A DNA stretch of 64,000 bases from a virus: positions 32,001-96,000 of IMG/VR virus record IMGVR_UViG_3300045051_000978. One strand, 5' to 3'. Both the position numbers and the translations under genes were made by a program. Positions 39,216 through 47,784 of the stretch are shown here, piece after piece (positions within the stretch are counted from its first letter, which is position 1; each line of letters starts with the position of its first letter). Below the pieces are notes generated by a model. The model saw only the letters and a program-made list of their open reading frames with translations, made no database searches and was not told the origin of the DNA.

Positions 39216-39545
39216 TCAGTAGCCGCGAGGAGCCCGCGTGCCGACCTTGCCGGTGTAAGGGTTGATGTTGGGGTAGGTGGAGAAGTTGTTGTTGAACGAC
39301 CGATCAGGCGTCGTGCGGAAGTGCGGGGCGACGTAGGTGCCGTTACCGCGGAAATACGGCGAAACGGTGGTCACGCTGGGCGACGGCAGTCGCGGCATGG
39401 TGTACGTCGGCATGGTGTACGTCGGCGTACGGGGCATCGTGTACGTCGGCGTACGGGGCAACCCGTACCGATCCGCACCGCGGGATTCGCCACCAGGAAT
39501 GAGAAGAGCCGCGAGGGCAACTGCGACGAGAAGCATGGACTTCAT
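39216..39545 (-). CDS. Small secreted protein (Y.R.NGTYV.PH.R...N.NPYTG family) with PTYTM repeats
   Basis: Signal peptide; PYFRGNGTYVAPHFRTTPD...NINPYTGKVGT. Confidence 0.75.
   Translation of the reverse strand: MKSMLLVAVALAALLIPGGESRGADRYGLPRTPTYTMPRTPTYTMPTYTMPRLPSPSVTTVSPYFRGNGTYVAPHFRTTPDRSFNNNFSTYPNINPYTGKVGTRAPRGY
39390..39459. repeat. Short tandem coding repeat (PRTPTYTM / PTYTM)
   Basis: GTGTACGTCGGC occurs three times. Confidence 0.8.
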
Positions 39546-39589
39546 GGGCGTGAGCCTGCCTGAATGGCTGGCGAAGTTCAAGAACTTGT

Positions 39590-40015
39590 TTACGAAAAGT
39601 GCTTGCAGGCATCCCGAATCTGCCGAGCGTTTTCCCAGGCCAGCTCTGGCAGGTTCGACACCTTGGCCCAACGCACCTTTTCGGCGTCATCGTCGGCCAC
39701 CGCCTTCGTTCCTGCCGGCACCCATGTCCAGAAGAAGGTGAGGTGACCGATGTCTACGTCATCCTCCTCGAACTGGTGCATCTCGTCCGCCTCGATGCCC
39801 GTCTCCTCGGTCAGCTCGCGGTACGCTGCATCGCGGTCGCTCTCTCCGCTGTCCACGTGGCCACCTGGGCATGCCCATTTGCCCTTCATGGGCTCACCGC
39901 CACGCTTGATGATCAAGGCTTCCGGGTCCTCGCGGTTACGCAGGACGACGATCCCGACGTAGCGTGCCTGCTCTTCCAGCAAGCGCGCCGCGACTGCGTG
40001 AGCGATGCCTCTCAT
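39590..40015 (-). CDS. Nudix hydrolase with LLE leader
   Basis: Nudix box GGHVDSGESDRDAAYRELTEETGI; N-terminus MRGIAHAVAARLLEE. Confidence 0.9.
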   Translation of the reverse strand: MRGIAHAVAARLLEEQARYVGIVVLRNREDPEALIIKRGGEPMKGKWACPGGHVDSGESDRDAAYRELTEETGIEADEMHQFEEDDVDIGHLTFFWTWVPAGTKAVADDDAEKVRWAKVSNLPELAWENARQIRDACKHFS

Positions 40016-40368
40016 GCTGTTGTCTCCACCCACTTGTAGGCGCTGATCGCGCCGCGCAGCGTCGGCTTGCACACACCGGCACGATGCGTGTTGCAGCAGT
40101 ACCAGGTCTTTCCGTTTACGACAGACTTCCAGACGGCCGGTGTCGGTTTGTCCTGGTGGCTGTAGTGCCAGACTGCTCCTGCATCCATGACCTGCTTCCG
40201 CTCCTTGGCTGTAAGCGCCACCTTGCCACGCTTCAGCTTCGCCATGGTCGGCCCGCGCTTGGCCTCCAGGACGCGCCGCGCAAATCCAGGCGGCATGTCC
40301 AGGACAACTTCAACCAGAGCCTTGACCTGAAAAGGCGTGTAGAATTCAGTCGGCATACGGGCAATCAC
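40012..40368 (-). CDS. Hypothetical protein
   Basis: Coupled in the operon; WYCCNTHRA. Confidence 0.6.
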   Translation of the reverse strand: MIARMPTEFYTPFQVKALVEVVLDMPPGFARRVLEAKRGPTMAKLKRGKVALTAKERKQVMDAGAVWHYSHQDKPTPAVWKSVVNGKTWYCCNTHRAGVCKPTLRGAISAYKWVETTA

Positions 40369-41585
40369 AAACTCTCACGCCAGCGCGCAGACGCCAGAAA
40401 GGTTTCAGTCGTACCGGAAATCCTGGTCGCGCAAATCCAAATCTGGTCGCTGACCCCGGCGATGCTTGCTCCGAGCGAAAGAAAGCCCCTGATCTCTCCC
40501 GATGACGAAGGCGAATACCCACCGCCTTGCTGATCGTACCCGCTGAGCACGATGAAATTCGGACTGCTTACTGTTGTCGCATTGGTTGGAGTAGCCGATT
40601 CAAGCGCACTGTTCGTGACTGGTACCCACGTCGGCGCTGTACCGGCCAAGGTAGGGTTGAAGCACACCACGTATCGGTACGTGGCCGTAGACGTACACAA
40701 AATGTTAAAACTGATCGGTCGAACAGTTGCGCTTTGATGCGTGGATTTCAGGCGAAGCCCGAGCACTGGATAAAGACTAGTGTCGTTGTTCGTTACCAAC
40801 CCAGTGATGCCAGTATCAACTCCGCGCTCAACACCCGTATCGTCAAGACCACCCTCACTGGTTACCGTGCAGCAGATGCAGTCCATGCTCGTAGCTGCTC
40901 CGGCTCCCGTGTTGCTAATCTCGTAGCGCATCGGGAGGTTAGGCGTCGAAGTGTAAACAGACGTTTCAATGTTGGCGTGGTCGATCTGATGCGCGATCAA
41001 GATACGACCATCGAGCACGAACCCAAGGCGTATGCTGCCAACGCCAAGCCACTCGAAATCGAAGTAGAACAGCTGCGCTTTTGTCAGATCGAGTGTGAAG
41101 CCGCTGTAGCCGCCACCGTCGAGCCTGTCGAGATTCCAACCTGACTGAGGGTATACACGATCAACACCTGCCTTACGAACGACGAACGACAAAGTCGTAC
41201 CGTCAAGTTGAAGGAAAACACCGTTGTTGCTGTCGTACAAACCAGCCCGTTTGATCACGCTAGCCACACCGCCATTGAAATTGAACGTCATGAACGCAGT
41301 GTGGCTCTTACCCGGCTGGTAATTGAACCGCCGGAAAGTCTGGCGCACACGTGTGCCAGCAGTAGCGTTCGAGACAGCCAGCCGAATGCGAGCGTCGGAC
41401 TGCAAGTACGTGCTCGAAGTTCCTGAACCTGAAATTTGCTGATCGTCCCAGAAGAGGGTCGGCATGTCCGCCACGATCAGCTTCGAGTCGAACAGCGTTT
41501 TTGGCTCGCTGGTGCGCAGTCGGCCGAAAGCGTCTCGGTACGCTTGAGCCTCGTTGGGATGCGGATTTGGTTGAAAAAGTCCCAT
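40365..41585 (-). CDS. Putative virion structural protein (RQT..RFNYQPGKS family)
   Basis: DAFGRLRTSEP, RQTFRRFNYQPGKS, DFEWLGVG, NLPMRYEI motifs seen in large-phage virion proteins. Confidence 0.7.
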   Translation of the reverse strand: MGLFQPNPHPNEAQAYRDAFGRLRTSEPKTLFDSKLIVADMPTLFWDDQQISGSGTSSTYLQSDARIRLAVSNATAGTRVRQTFRRFNYQPGKSHTAFMTFNFNGGVASVIKRAGLYDSNNGVFLQLDGTTLSFVVRKAGVDRVYPQSGWNLDRLDGGGYSGFTLDLTKAQLFYFDFEWLGVGSIRLGFVLDGRILIAHQIDHANIETSVYTSTPNLPMRYEISNTGAGAATSMDCICCTVTSEGGLDDTGVERGVDTGITGLVTNNDTSLYPVLGLRLKSTHQSATVRPISFNILCTSTATYRYVVCFNPTLAGTAPTWVPVTNSALESATPTNATTVSSPNFIVLSGYDQQGGGYSPSSSGEIRGFLSLGASIAGVSDQIWICATRISGTTETFLASARWRESL

Positions 41586-41588
41586 AGG

Positions 41589-41939
41589 TCACCTGATCAA
41601 TTTACGTTTGGCAGCCGCAGCTACAGCCACGAGCGTCTCCGCCATCCTCACGAGCCACGCCTTCTGTGGTGGCGGCAGCTGATCCTCTGGTTTGTTCTTG
41701 CTGCGGGCTTTACCGGTCATCTCCAGCACTACCTCTCGAACCAACGGCTGCACGACGTGTCCGTCTACACGTGGCATACCGTCCGAACGATTGGCCATCA
41801 CGTAGACAACGCAGTCATGCGTTACGTTTACAGAATTGTAGCCGGGTCGTCCGGCCACCTGCCGAATGAACTCCCTGATCAATTTCTTGATCTCATCGCG
41901 ATGCTCACCGACATCGGGTGATTCGTAGCGCTGGATCAT
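41589..41939 (-). CDS. Hypothetical protein
   Basis: ORF track; coupled start. Confidence 0.55.
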   Translation of the reverse strand: MIQRYESPDVGEHRDEIKKLIREFIRQVAGRPGYNSVNVTHDCVVYVMANRSDGMPRVDGHVVQPLVREVVLEMTGKARSKNKPEDQLPPPQKAWLVRMAETLVAVAAAAKRKLIR

Positions 41940-42478
41940 CGAACGCTGCCGAGGTAAGTTGTCAGTACACCGTTACCGGCGACGTAGGCCGCGCTGATAT
42001 ACTTGCTCGGACCAACCAGCACGTGCACGACCGACTCCCTGTCCACCGCTTCCACGTGCCAGTTCACGCCGTCCATGGAGCTGCGCGTCTGCACAGACAC
42101 CGTCCCGTTTATCAGGTGCTGCACCGTGTGATATAGGCGACCAGCAACAAGCGCCGCTGGCGAAGCCCCTGGGCCTGTGGCGGCGTTGAAGAGCGTGGTC
42201 TCGTAGAGCGTACCCGCACTGACGGACAAGGCAATCGCCTCCAACGTAGACTGGCGCAGGACGTTGCCTTCGTCGTCCACAGGCTGAACAGGCACGACGA
42301 CAGACGCTGCTCCGCGAGGCTCCGCAGCCGTTCCGAACGGCAGCCGAACTTCAGTTCCAGCCGACTTCAGCTCAACCGCGCCAATGGCGTTGGTACCTGA
42401 CGAAAAAGTCGCAGTGATCGCAGACGTTACATCTGGATCACGCACAAAGGTCACCGGTAGACCGCCGCTGTCGATCAT
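41936..42478 (-). CDS. Putative structural protein
   Basis: SSGTNAIGAV motif; beta-rich C-terminus. Confidence 0.55.
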   Translation of the reverse strand: MIDSGGLPVTFVRDPDVTSAITATFSSGTNAIGAVELKSAGTEVRLPFGTAAEPRGAASVVVPVQPVDDEGNVLRQSTLEAIALSVSAGTLYETTLFNAATGPGASPAALVAGRLYHTVQHLINGTVSVQTRSSMDGVNWHVEAVDRESVVHVLVGPSKYISAAYVAGNGVLTTYLGSVR

Positions 42479-42506
42479 CTTGTCCTACCTACCCGTTCTT
42501 AGAGGC

Positions 42507-43106
42507 ATGTATTCGCAGAACGACGAGGAACGCCACATTGTAGAACACCTTTCCGGAATTGCGCCGGCTGACGGTCGCTTCCTGGACATCGGCGCGTACG
42601 ACGGCAAAACGCTCAGCAACACCTACCGCCTGGTCGAGCTGGGCTGGGGCGGGCTGTGCATCGAGCCATCGCCGTACTGCTTCACCCAGATGCTCAACAT
42701 TCACCGCGGCAACGAGCGCGTGCAGCTGCTCAACACTGCCGTGATCCCGGGAGCCCACGCGGCCATTCTACCATTCCACGATTCTCAGGGTGACGCTGTC
42801 AGCACCCTGGTGGACTCGCACGTGGCCCGCTGGTCCTCCTCGGTCAAATACCGAAGCTTCTTCACCCAGGCCATGCCGTTGCGCGCCGTGTTCGCCCAGT
42901 TCGGCGTCAACTACGACTTCATCAACCTAGACGTGGAAAGTCTGAACATCGACCTGTTCCGCGAACTGCCGTTCGACCAGCTGACCCGCCTGAAGCTGAT
43001 CTGCGTCGAACACGACGGCCACTACCCGGAGATGCTGACCGAGCTGGCCAAGCACGGTTTCCGCCTGTTGGCGCAGAATGGCGAGAACATCATCGCCGGC
43101 CGGTAA
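42507..43106 (+). CDS. FkbM-family SAM-dependent methyltransferase
   Basis: YSQNDEE, FLDIGAYDGKTLSNT, GWGGLCIEP, DFINLDVE. Confidence 0.9.
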   Translation: MYSQNDEERHIVEHLSGIAPADGRFLDIGAYDGKTLSNTYRLVELGWGGLCIEPSPYCFTQMLNIHRGNERVQLLNTAVIPGAHAAILPFHDSQGDAVSTLVDSHVARWSSSVKYRSFFTQAMPLRAVFAQFGVNYDFINLDVESLNIDLFRELPFDQLTRLKLICVEHDGHYPEMLTELAKHGFRLLAQNGENIIAGR

Positions 43107-43161
43107 TTACGGTGGAGCCGTTTGGGCTTGAAAACCGTAAACAATTTGATACCCTGCTGCC

Positions 43162-43644
43162 ATGTCTGAAATCGCGCCCAGCCTCGTCGGTAAGCTCCTG
43201 GAGGACGGTGAGCAGCCTAATCCCGAACGGGAAGAGCTGCATCGTCCGGAGGACGCAGACAAGTGGGAAGGTGCCTACAGGACCTTCGACGAGCTGTGGG
43301 CGCTCAAGCAGAAGCAGATGGAGCTGTTCCGCGAGCTGGGCGCGTCCATCGCCTACCGGCGGGCTCTGCACAAGGTCGGTCTGGTGCCTGGACAGGTGAA
43401 GAATGTCGTGCGCGCCAGTGACATCTACGAGACGACGCCCATCACGCCTGGGCACCCGCTCAAGGCCATCCGCTTCAGCTACGCGAAGCGGTATCCGAAT
43501 GCCCTGGTCGGTGTCGTCACCAAGGACGACCGACACGTCTACTTCCACGATCCCGTGCCGCGGCAGTACGGCGAGCAGGCACCGACCTACGCCGAGTTCA
43601 ACGCTAAGCGGCAGGCGGCTCGGGAACAGGCAGCGGGTTACTAG
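43162..43644 (+). CDS. Hypothetical protein with LLE leader
   Basis: MSEIAPSLVGKLLE; TAATTA and TTGAAA-16-TACCCT upstream. Confidence 0.65.
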   Translation: MSEIAPSLVGKLLEDGEQPNPEREELHRPEDADKWEGAYRTFDELWALKQKQMELFRELGASIAYRRALHKVGLVPGQVKNVVRASDIYETTPITPGHPLKAIRFSYAKRYPNALVGVVTKDDRHVYFHDPVPRQYGEQAPTYAEFNAKRQAAREQAAGY

Positions 43645-44482
43645 GCTCAGCGTAGAAAGCCGAGAAGGTGACGGGCAGAATTTCGGACGTGCGCAGCCGC
43701 ATGTCGTCGGGCAGATGCACGCGGACGTTTACAAATCCGCGATCCATGAGGTGCTGCCGAATGGTGCGCGCAATGTCGCCGACGTTCTGCCGCGTCATCT
43801 TCTGCCGCAGCCTTCGCCCACCTGACGCGTGCGTGATGACGCGGGCGCTTACGTTGACGATTCCCTTCCCCTCGTACCAGTTGACGTGCTCGATCTCGTA
43901 GACACCTGGCACGACAGCGCGCAGCTTCGGCAGGAGATCGCCGTGCTCGTTGGGCCACTGAATCTCGTCGGCGATTGAGCCGTCGTCGTCCAGGCTCTCT
44001 TGGCGCGAACCAAACTTGCGCTGCCACTCCTGTTCCTTCCAGAGCCTGCGTTTCTTCGCGATGGACCACCAGTCCCTGTACTTCGGCGGCGCGTACAGCT
44101 TGGGCGCGACCCTGAACGAGACCATGCCTCGCCCAGGCGCATCACTGAGGTTCACGTAGACCTCCACGACAAAAAGATCGTGGGCCGTCGCGAAGCGCTC
44201 TGCACCGCGGCGCAGACGCGTGCGTAGAGCCGACTGTGATGTCTCGGGCGGAGCCTGTACGTCAACCTGGAGGTAAACGTCCCGGTCATCGTGGCCGAGA
44301 TCGCGGCTGTCGTGGGCCAGGTGAAACTTCCAGGGTTGAAGATTGTCGTTGAAGAATTTGACGACCTCTTCTTTTGAAAACGCCGTGGGCGACGCGGCAC
44401 GAACCAGCTCCTCCGAGTCAAAGTCATCGGGCGCTCCATCTTCCAGGAGCGCCCGCGCAACCGAACTGGCCGACGAGATCAC
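43604..44482 (-). CDS. Two-module protein with LLE leader
   Basis: MISSASSVARALLEDGAPDDFDSEE; internal QESLDDDGSIADEI; TAGTTA 4 nt upstream. Confidence 0.65.
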   Translation of the reverse strand: MISSASSVARALLEDGAPDDFDSEELVRAASPTAFSKEEVVKFFNDNLQPWKFHLAHDSRDLGHDDRDVYLQVDVQAPPETSQSALRTRLRRGAERFATAHDLFVVEVYVNLSDAPGRGMVSFRVAPKLYAPPKYRDWWSIAKKRRLWKEQEWQRKFGSRQESLDDDGSIADEIQWPNEHGDLLPKLRAVVPGVYEIEHVNWYEGKGIVNVSARVITHASGGRRLRQKMTRQNVGDIARTIRQHLMDRGFVNVRVHLPDDMRLRTSEILPVTFSAFYAEPSNPLPVPEPPAA

Positions 44483-44835
44483 GCCCTAACTAGCGGCGTC
44501 TGCGCGGCCAGCCATGCCTGGTAGCAGCGTTCCGCGGCCAGCTTGGAATCGTCGCGAGCACTCATCATCTCGCGAGCGCGTTGCTTGGCCTTGAACAGCA
44601 ATCCTGTCGGGAACCAGTGCGGCGCGGCAACGCTCAGGCGCTGACGGATCGCCTCGTAGCGTGGCGTATCCACCTCCGCCCGCTGCTTCACAGCGCTGCC
44701 TGAGTTCGGGTTGACGGACCGAAGCCGGTGCTTGTGCGCCCACTTCAGGTCACGGATGTTGGCACTCAGCTGTCTGTACTCGGCGCGCCACTCAGAACGC
44801 CACAGCAGGTAATCTTCCTTGGTCTTGAATTCCAT
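44479..44835 (-). CDS. Helical phage protein (F.TKE.YL.WR..W...Y..LS..IR), third gene of the amber operon
   Basis: ATG 2 nt after the upstream TGA. Confidence 0.7.
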   Translation of the reverse strand: MEFKTKEDYLLWRSEWRAEYRQLSANIRDLKWAHKHRLRSVNPNSGSAVKQRAEVDTPRYEAIRQRLSVAAPHWFPTGLLFKAKQRAREMMSARDDSKLAAERCYQAWLAAQTPLVRA

Positions 44836-44837
44836 AA

Positions 44838-45074
44838 TCAGCGATCAAATACGGGGTTGATGTCAGCCAGTCTGTAAACGTTATCGACGCGCCTGTCGTT
44901 CTCCTTCCAGTCCTTGTTGATGGACTCGGCGAAGCGACACGCAGCCGCGTCATCCTCGAAGGTCAGCACTTCCGTCTGCGTATCGGTTCGCCGGCAACAG
45001 CCGCAGAAGTAGCCGTTGCCAACGGTGTAAACAACGAGGTAGGGCACCTACGTGGGTTCAGTCTGTTCGCTCAT
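44838..45074 (-). CDS. CGCC-motif protein with in-frame TAG at codon 9
   Basis: ATG 45074 overlaps the pth2 stop (ATGA): MSEQTEPT-TAG-VPYLVVYTVGNGYFCGCC; the ORF track starts at the GTG right after the TAG. Confidence 0.65.
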
Positions 45075-45499
45075 GGTATCAGTCGAAGGCGCTTGGTGAT
45101 GTGTTCCACTTCGTCTCTGGTGGCCGGGCCAAATCCGAGCGCCGTAACGGTCGGCTCGCCGCCAAAGAAATCGGGGCATCCTGAGTCCACGACCAGGAAA
45201 TGGGGGATGCCAGAGGAAGCGCAGAGATCGGCTGCGCGCAGGAGATGAGAGTAGGACGCGGTGAGGGCGACCTTGGTGCCAGGAAGGTCAGCAGCGTACG
45301 CACGCGCCACCTCCGGCCGGGAGGACTGCGAGGACAAAAAAGAGCCCAGGAACGCGTGTCCAGCTTGGCTGGCAGCTTTTCCTGGGGTCATGCCGGCGTC
45401 GGAGCGGACGACGGCGTACAGACGAAGCGTTGGGTCAGACGACACCTCTTCCGTGAGGATCGGAGGAGGGGTAGAGTTGGAAACCTACGTCGGCTTCAC
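45071..45499 (-). CDS. pth2: Pth2-family peptidyl-tRNA hydrolase with in-frame TAG at codon 5
   Basis: LYAVVRSDAGMTPGKAASQAGHA...VDSG...GEPTVTALGFGP; GTG 45499 sits at the leaderless position: MKPT-TAG-VSNSTPPPILTEEVSSDP. Confidence 0.8.
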
Positions 45500-45506
45500 G
45501 TGGGAC

Positions 45507-45535
45507 ACTTTTGCTTGAAGCGTTGAAGGTGTCAA
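45507..45535 (-). promoter_or_regulatory. Sigma70-like promoter of the pth2 operon
   Basis: Perfect TTGACA-17-AAAAGT (weak -10); GTG 7 nt downstream. Confidence 0.6.
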
Positions 45536-45543
45536 GCGCGAGT

Positions 45544-45951
45544 TCAGAACTGACGGTGAAAAGCTTTGATCAGCTCTTCACCGCCGGCATCCAGTGCCTT
45601 CAGGCGCTTGCGCACGCTGTGCTTCCCACCGTGGTCACGACAGGAGACGTGCCGACCCTGCACGCCGTGGAACACCTCAGCTTGGTAACCGATACTGTCG
45701 AGGTAAACGTCCAATCGCCAATCGGGCAAGCGCCCAGTGAACACCTGAACGTCTACAGTTCTGACGATTACGAAGCCGGCACCTTTGACGCCACAGAGCT
45801 TCAGCTGCCCAGGTTTCACGACCTCGACAGATCGAAGATGAAAGGCAGACCCTTCGGAAATGATCACAGGCTGCGTGCCGTTCCGCATGACCGGAGTTGG
45901 GCGTGTGAACACAGCCAGCAAACCATCACGGACTGCCTTCTCGTGCTTCAT
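45544..45951 (-). CDS. Hypothetical protein
   Basis: ORF track; coupled start. Confidence 0.55.
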   Translation of the reverse strand: MKHEKAVRDGLLAVFTRPTPVMRNGTQPVIISEGSAFHLRSVEVVKPGQLKLCGVKGAGFVIVRTVDVQVFTGRLPDWRLDVYLDSIGYQAEVFHGVQGRHVSCRDHGGKHSVRKRLKALDAGGEELIKAFHRQF

Positions 45952-46475
45952 GCCTGGATGGTTGGAGGCGTGGGGCGCTCAGGCGCAGGCTCCGCGGCGG
46001 GCGCAGAGACCGCAGACTTCTTGGGTGGCGCAGACTTCTTGGGTGCCGTCGGTTTGGGCGTAGGCTTCTTGGGTGCCGCGGTCGGCTTCGCCTTGGTCTT
46101 CAACGCAGCCTTGGCTTTCCTGTGTGCCGCCCAGCGCTTCTTGGCTGCCGCGACGATCTTGGCGCGGCCGGCTTCGCTCAAACGGTACGGAGCCTTGCTC
46201 GACTGCTTGGGCGCGGCCCCGTAAACCGTAGACGGCTGCACGACGCGCACCGTCGCGTCGGTGACCAAGCCCATGCGCTGAAGAATGGTGCCGACAGCAC
46301 CACGACACGTCTGCGCGAACGGCTGGGCAGGGTCGTACAAATGCCAGATGTGCCACCAGAGGTTCAGATACTTGGGCTTGAGCATCTCGTCGATGGCCCG
46401 CACATCGAACTGCATGCACGCCACAGTCCATCTCTGCATGAACTGCTTGATCTCGGCTTGGGACGGGGTCTTCAT
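45948..46475 (-). CDS. Protein with basic histone-H1-like tail
   Basis: LSEAGRAKIVAAAKKRWAAHRK then K/A/P-rich PKK repeats. Confidence 0.65.
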   Translation of the reverse strand: MKTPSQAEIKQFMQRWTVACMQFDVRAIDEMLKPKYLNLWWHIWHLYDPAQPFAQTCRGAVGTILQRMGLVTDATVRVVQPSTVYGAAPKQSSKAPYRLSEAGRAKIVAAAKKRWAAHRKAKAALKTKAKPTAAPKKPTPKPTAPKKSAPPKKSAVSAPAAEPAPERPTPPTIQA

Positions 46476-46478
46476 GGA

Positions 46479-46775
46479 TTACTGTCTCGACGCCAACGCC
46501 CTTTCGTAGAAGAAAGCACGGTGCTCCGGAGGAACGCGACAAATCACGACCGTGGGTGAAAGCTGGGTGATCATCGCTTCATACCCGGTGTTCCCGCCTT
46601 GGGTAAACCGGACAACCAGCAGGCGCATCGTGGGCGAAATGCCTTCAAACCCAGAAGCTGTCCCGCCTTTCGGAGCCGGCGGAGGCGGGTTGCACGCCGT
46701 CCAGACGAACTCCGTTGCGCGGGCGCGATCCATCAGATCGCAGACTTGGGCTTGAACTCCCTTGAACAAGGACAC
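46479..46775 (-). CDS. Hypothetical early protein
   Basis: GTG 6 nt after the -10 element. Confidence 0.6.
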   Translation of the reverse strand: MSLFKGVQAQVCDLMDRARATEFVWTACNPPPPAPKGGTASGFEGISPTMRLLVVRFTQGGNTGYEAMITQLSPTVVICRVPPEHRAFFYERALASRQ

Positions 46776-46809
46776 GGCAGAACTGTATACGATTCTGCCG
46801 TTCCGTCAA
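46775..46809 (-). promoter_or_regulatory. Early promoter with overlapping inverted repeat
   Basis: TTGACG-16-TACAGT; CGGCAGAA-ct-GTATAC-ga-TTCTGCCG palindrome. Confidence 0.65.
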
Positions 46810-46817
46810 CCGCAATC

Positions 46818-47774
46818 TCAGCTGTACCCGGCGAACTCGAAACCGTCAGGCAGGCCATCACCGTAGCCGTTCACCTCGTTTACGTGCCGCTCTGGATCGT
46901 GCCGGATCGTGATGTATACGCGGTCCATCTCGCCACGGGGCATCGCCTGTCCAGGCTGAAGCTTGATCTTGGAATTGTCGCAGAAAACCGTGACCGTGTA
47001 CCCCTTGTAGCCGTAATCGGCGATCTCGGCAAAATGACGACGCAGGTCCTCGTAGATGCGCTGCATGTCCGACCTGGTGATCCTGCGGTCGAGCGACCGA
47101 GGAACCGCGGTGACGCACAGCTCCTGCGGACCTTTTGACGAACGCCGCCGGTAGACGCTGACGCCGAAGCCCATTCCGCGGAAGACCCGGCGGATTGAAG
47201 GGATGTCGATTTGCATGAGCGGCTCCATGCTCGAAAGCAGCTCGTCGAAATCGTACGCGCTGTCGTCTTCGACGGACTCGCTGATGCTCTGACCGATCTT
47301 GCGGAACCTGTCGAGGACCTGGCCGCGCTCCTGCCAGTCTCTGATTGAGCTTGCCTGCCCGATGACCTCCTCGATCTGCTCCAGGAAGTACCTCAGGCGC
47401 GACCCCTCGATGTCAGGTGTTTTGACGACGAGCTTCGTGTTCGCCTGAGGCGTCGCACGCGGATTGTGCGGGTCATCGCTATCCGTAGACAAAACTGCCC
47501 CAAGCCATTCAGTGAGCTGCTCCCCTGAATCACCGACGCGAGTGCGACGAATCAAAGTGACGACAAGACCGGACCATGTGAACGCGCTCCAATCGCTGCC
47601 AATATCCCACGCTGGATCGAGCTTGAAGAGCTTTCGGTACGGACCTTCGGGTTCGCGCTTGTTGGTCGTGTAGCCGTACTCGCGAAGCGCAGACCTGTAG
47701 TCGAGCGCCTCGACCTCGTCGGTAAAGTCGAAGTCGTCCTCCAACAGCCTGTTTACGATTGCAGCAGCGCGCAC
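46818..47774 (-). CDS. Two-module protein with LLE leader
   Basis: MRAAAIVNRLLEDDFDFTDEVEAL; internal ISESVEDDSAYDFDELL; TAGTTA 4 nt upstream. Confidence 0.7.
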   Translation of the reverse strand: MRAAAIVNRLLEDDFDFTDEVEALDYRSALREYGYTTNKREPEGPYRKLFKLDPAWDIGSDWSAFTWSGLVVTLIRRTRVGDSGEQLTEWLGAVLSTDSDDPHNPRATPQANTKLVVKTPDIEGSRLRYFLEQIEEVIGQASSIRDWQERGQVLDRFRKIGQSISESVEDDSAYDFDELLSSMEPLMQIDIPSIRRVFRGMGFGVSVYRRRSSKGPQELCVTAVPRSLDRRITRSDMQRIYEDLRRHFAEIADYGYKGYTVTVFCDNSKIKLQPGQAMPRGEMDRVYITIRHDPERHVNEVNGYGDGLPDGFEFAGYS

Positions 47775-47784
47775 ACCGTAACTA

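Noticed and set aside
42476-42508. Another ATG...TAG...ATG leader on the minus strand
   Set aside because: The upstream ATG is the mirror of the FkbM start (CATG), the TAG context differs, and the region is a divergent promoter gap.
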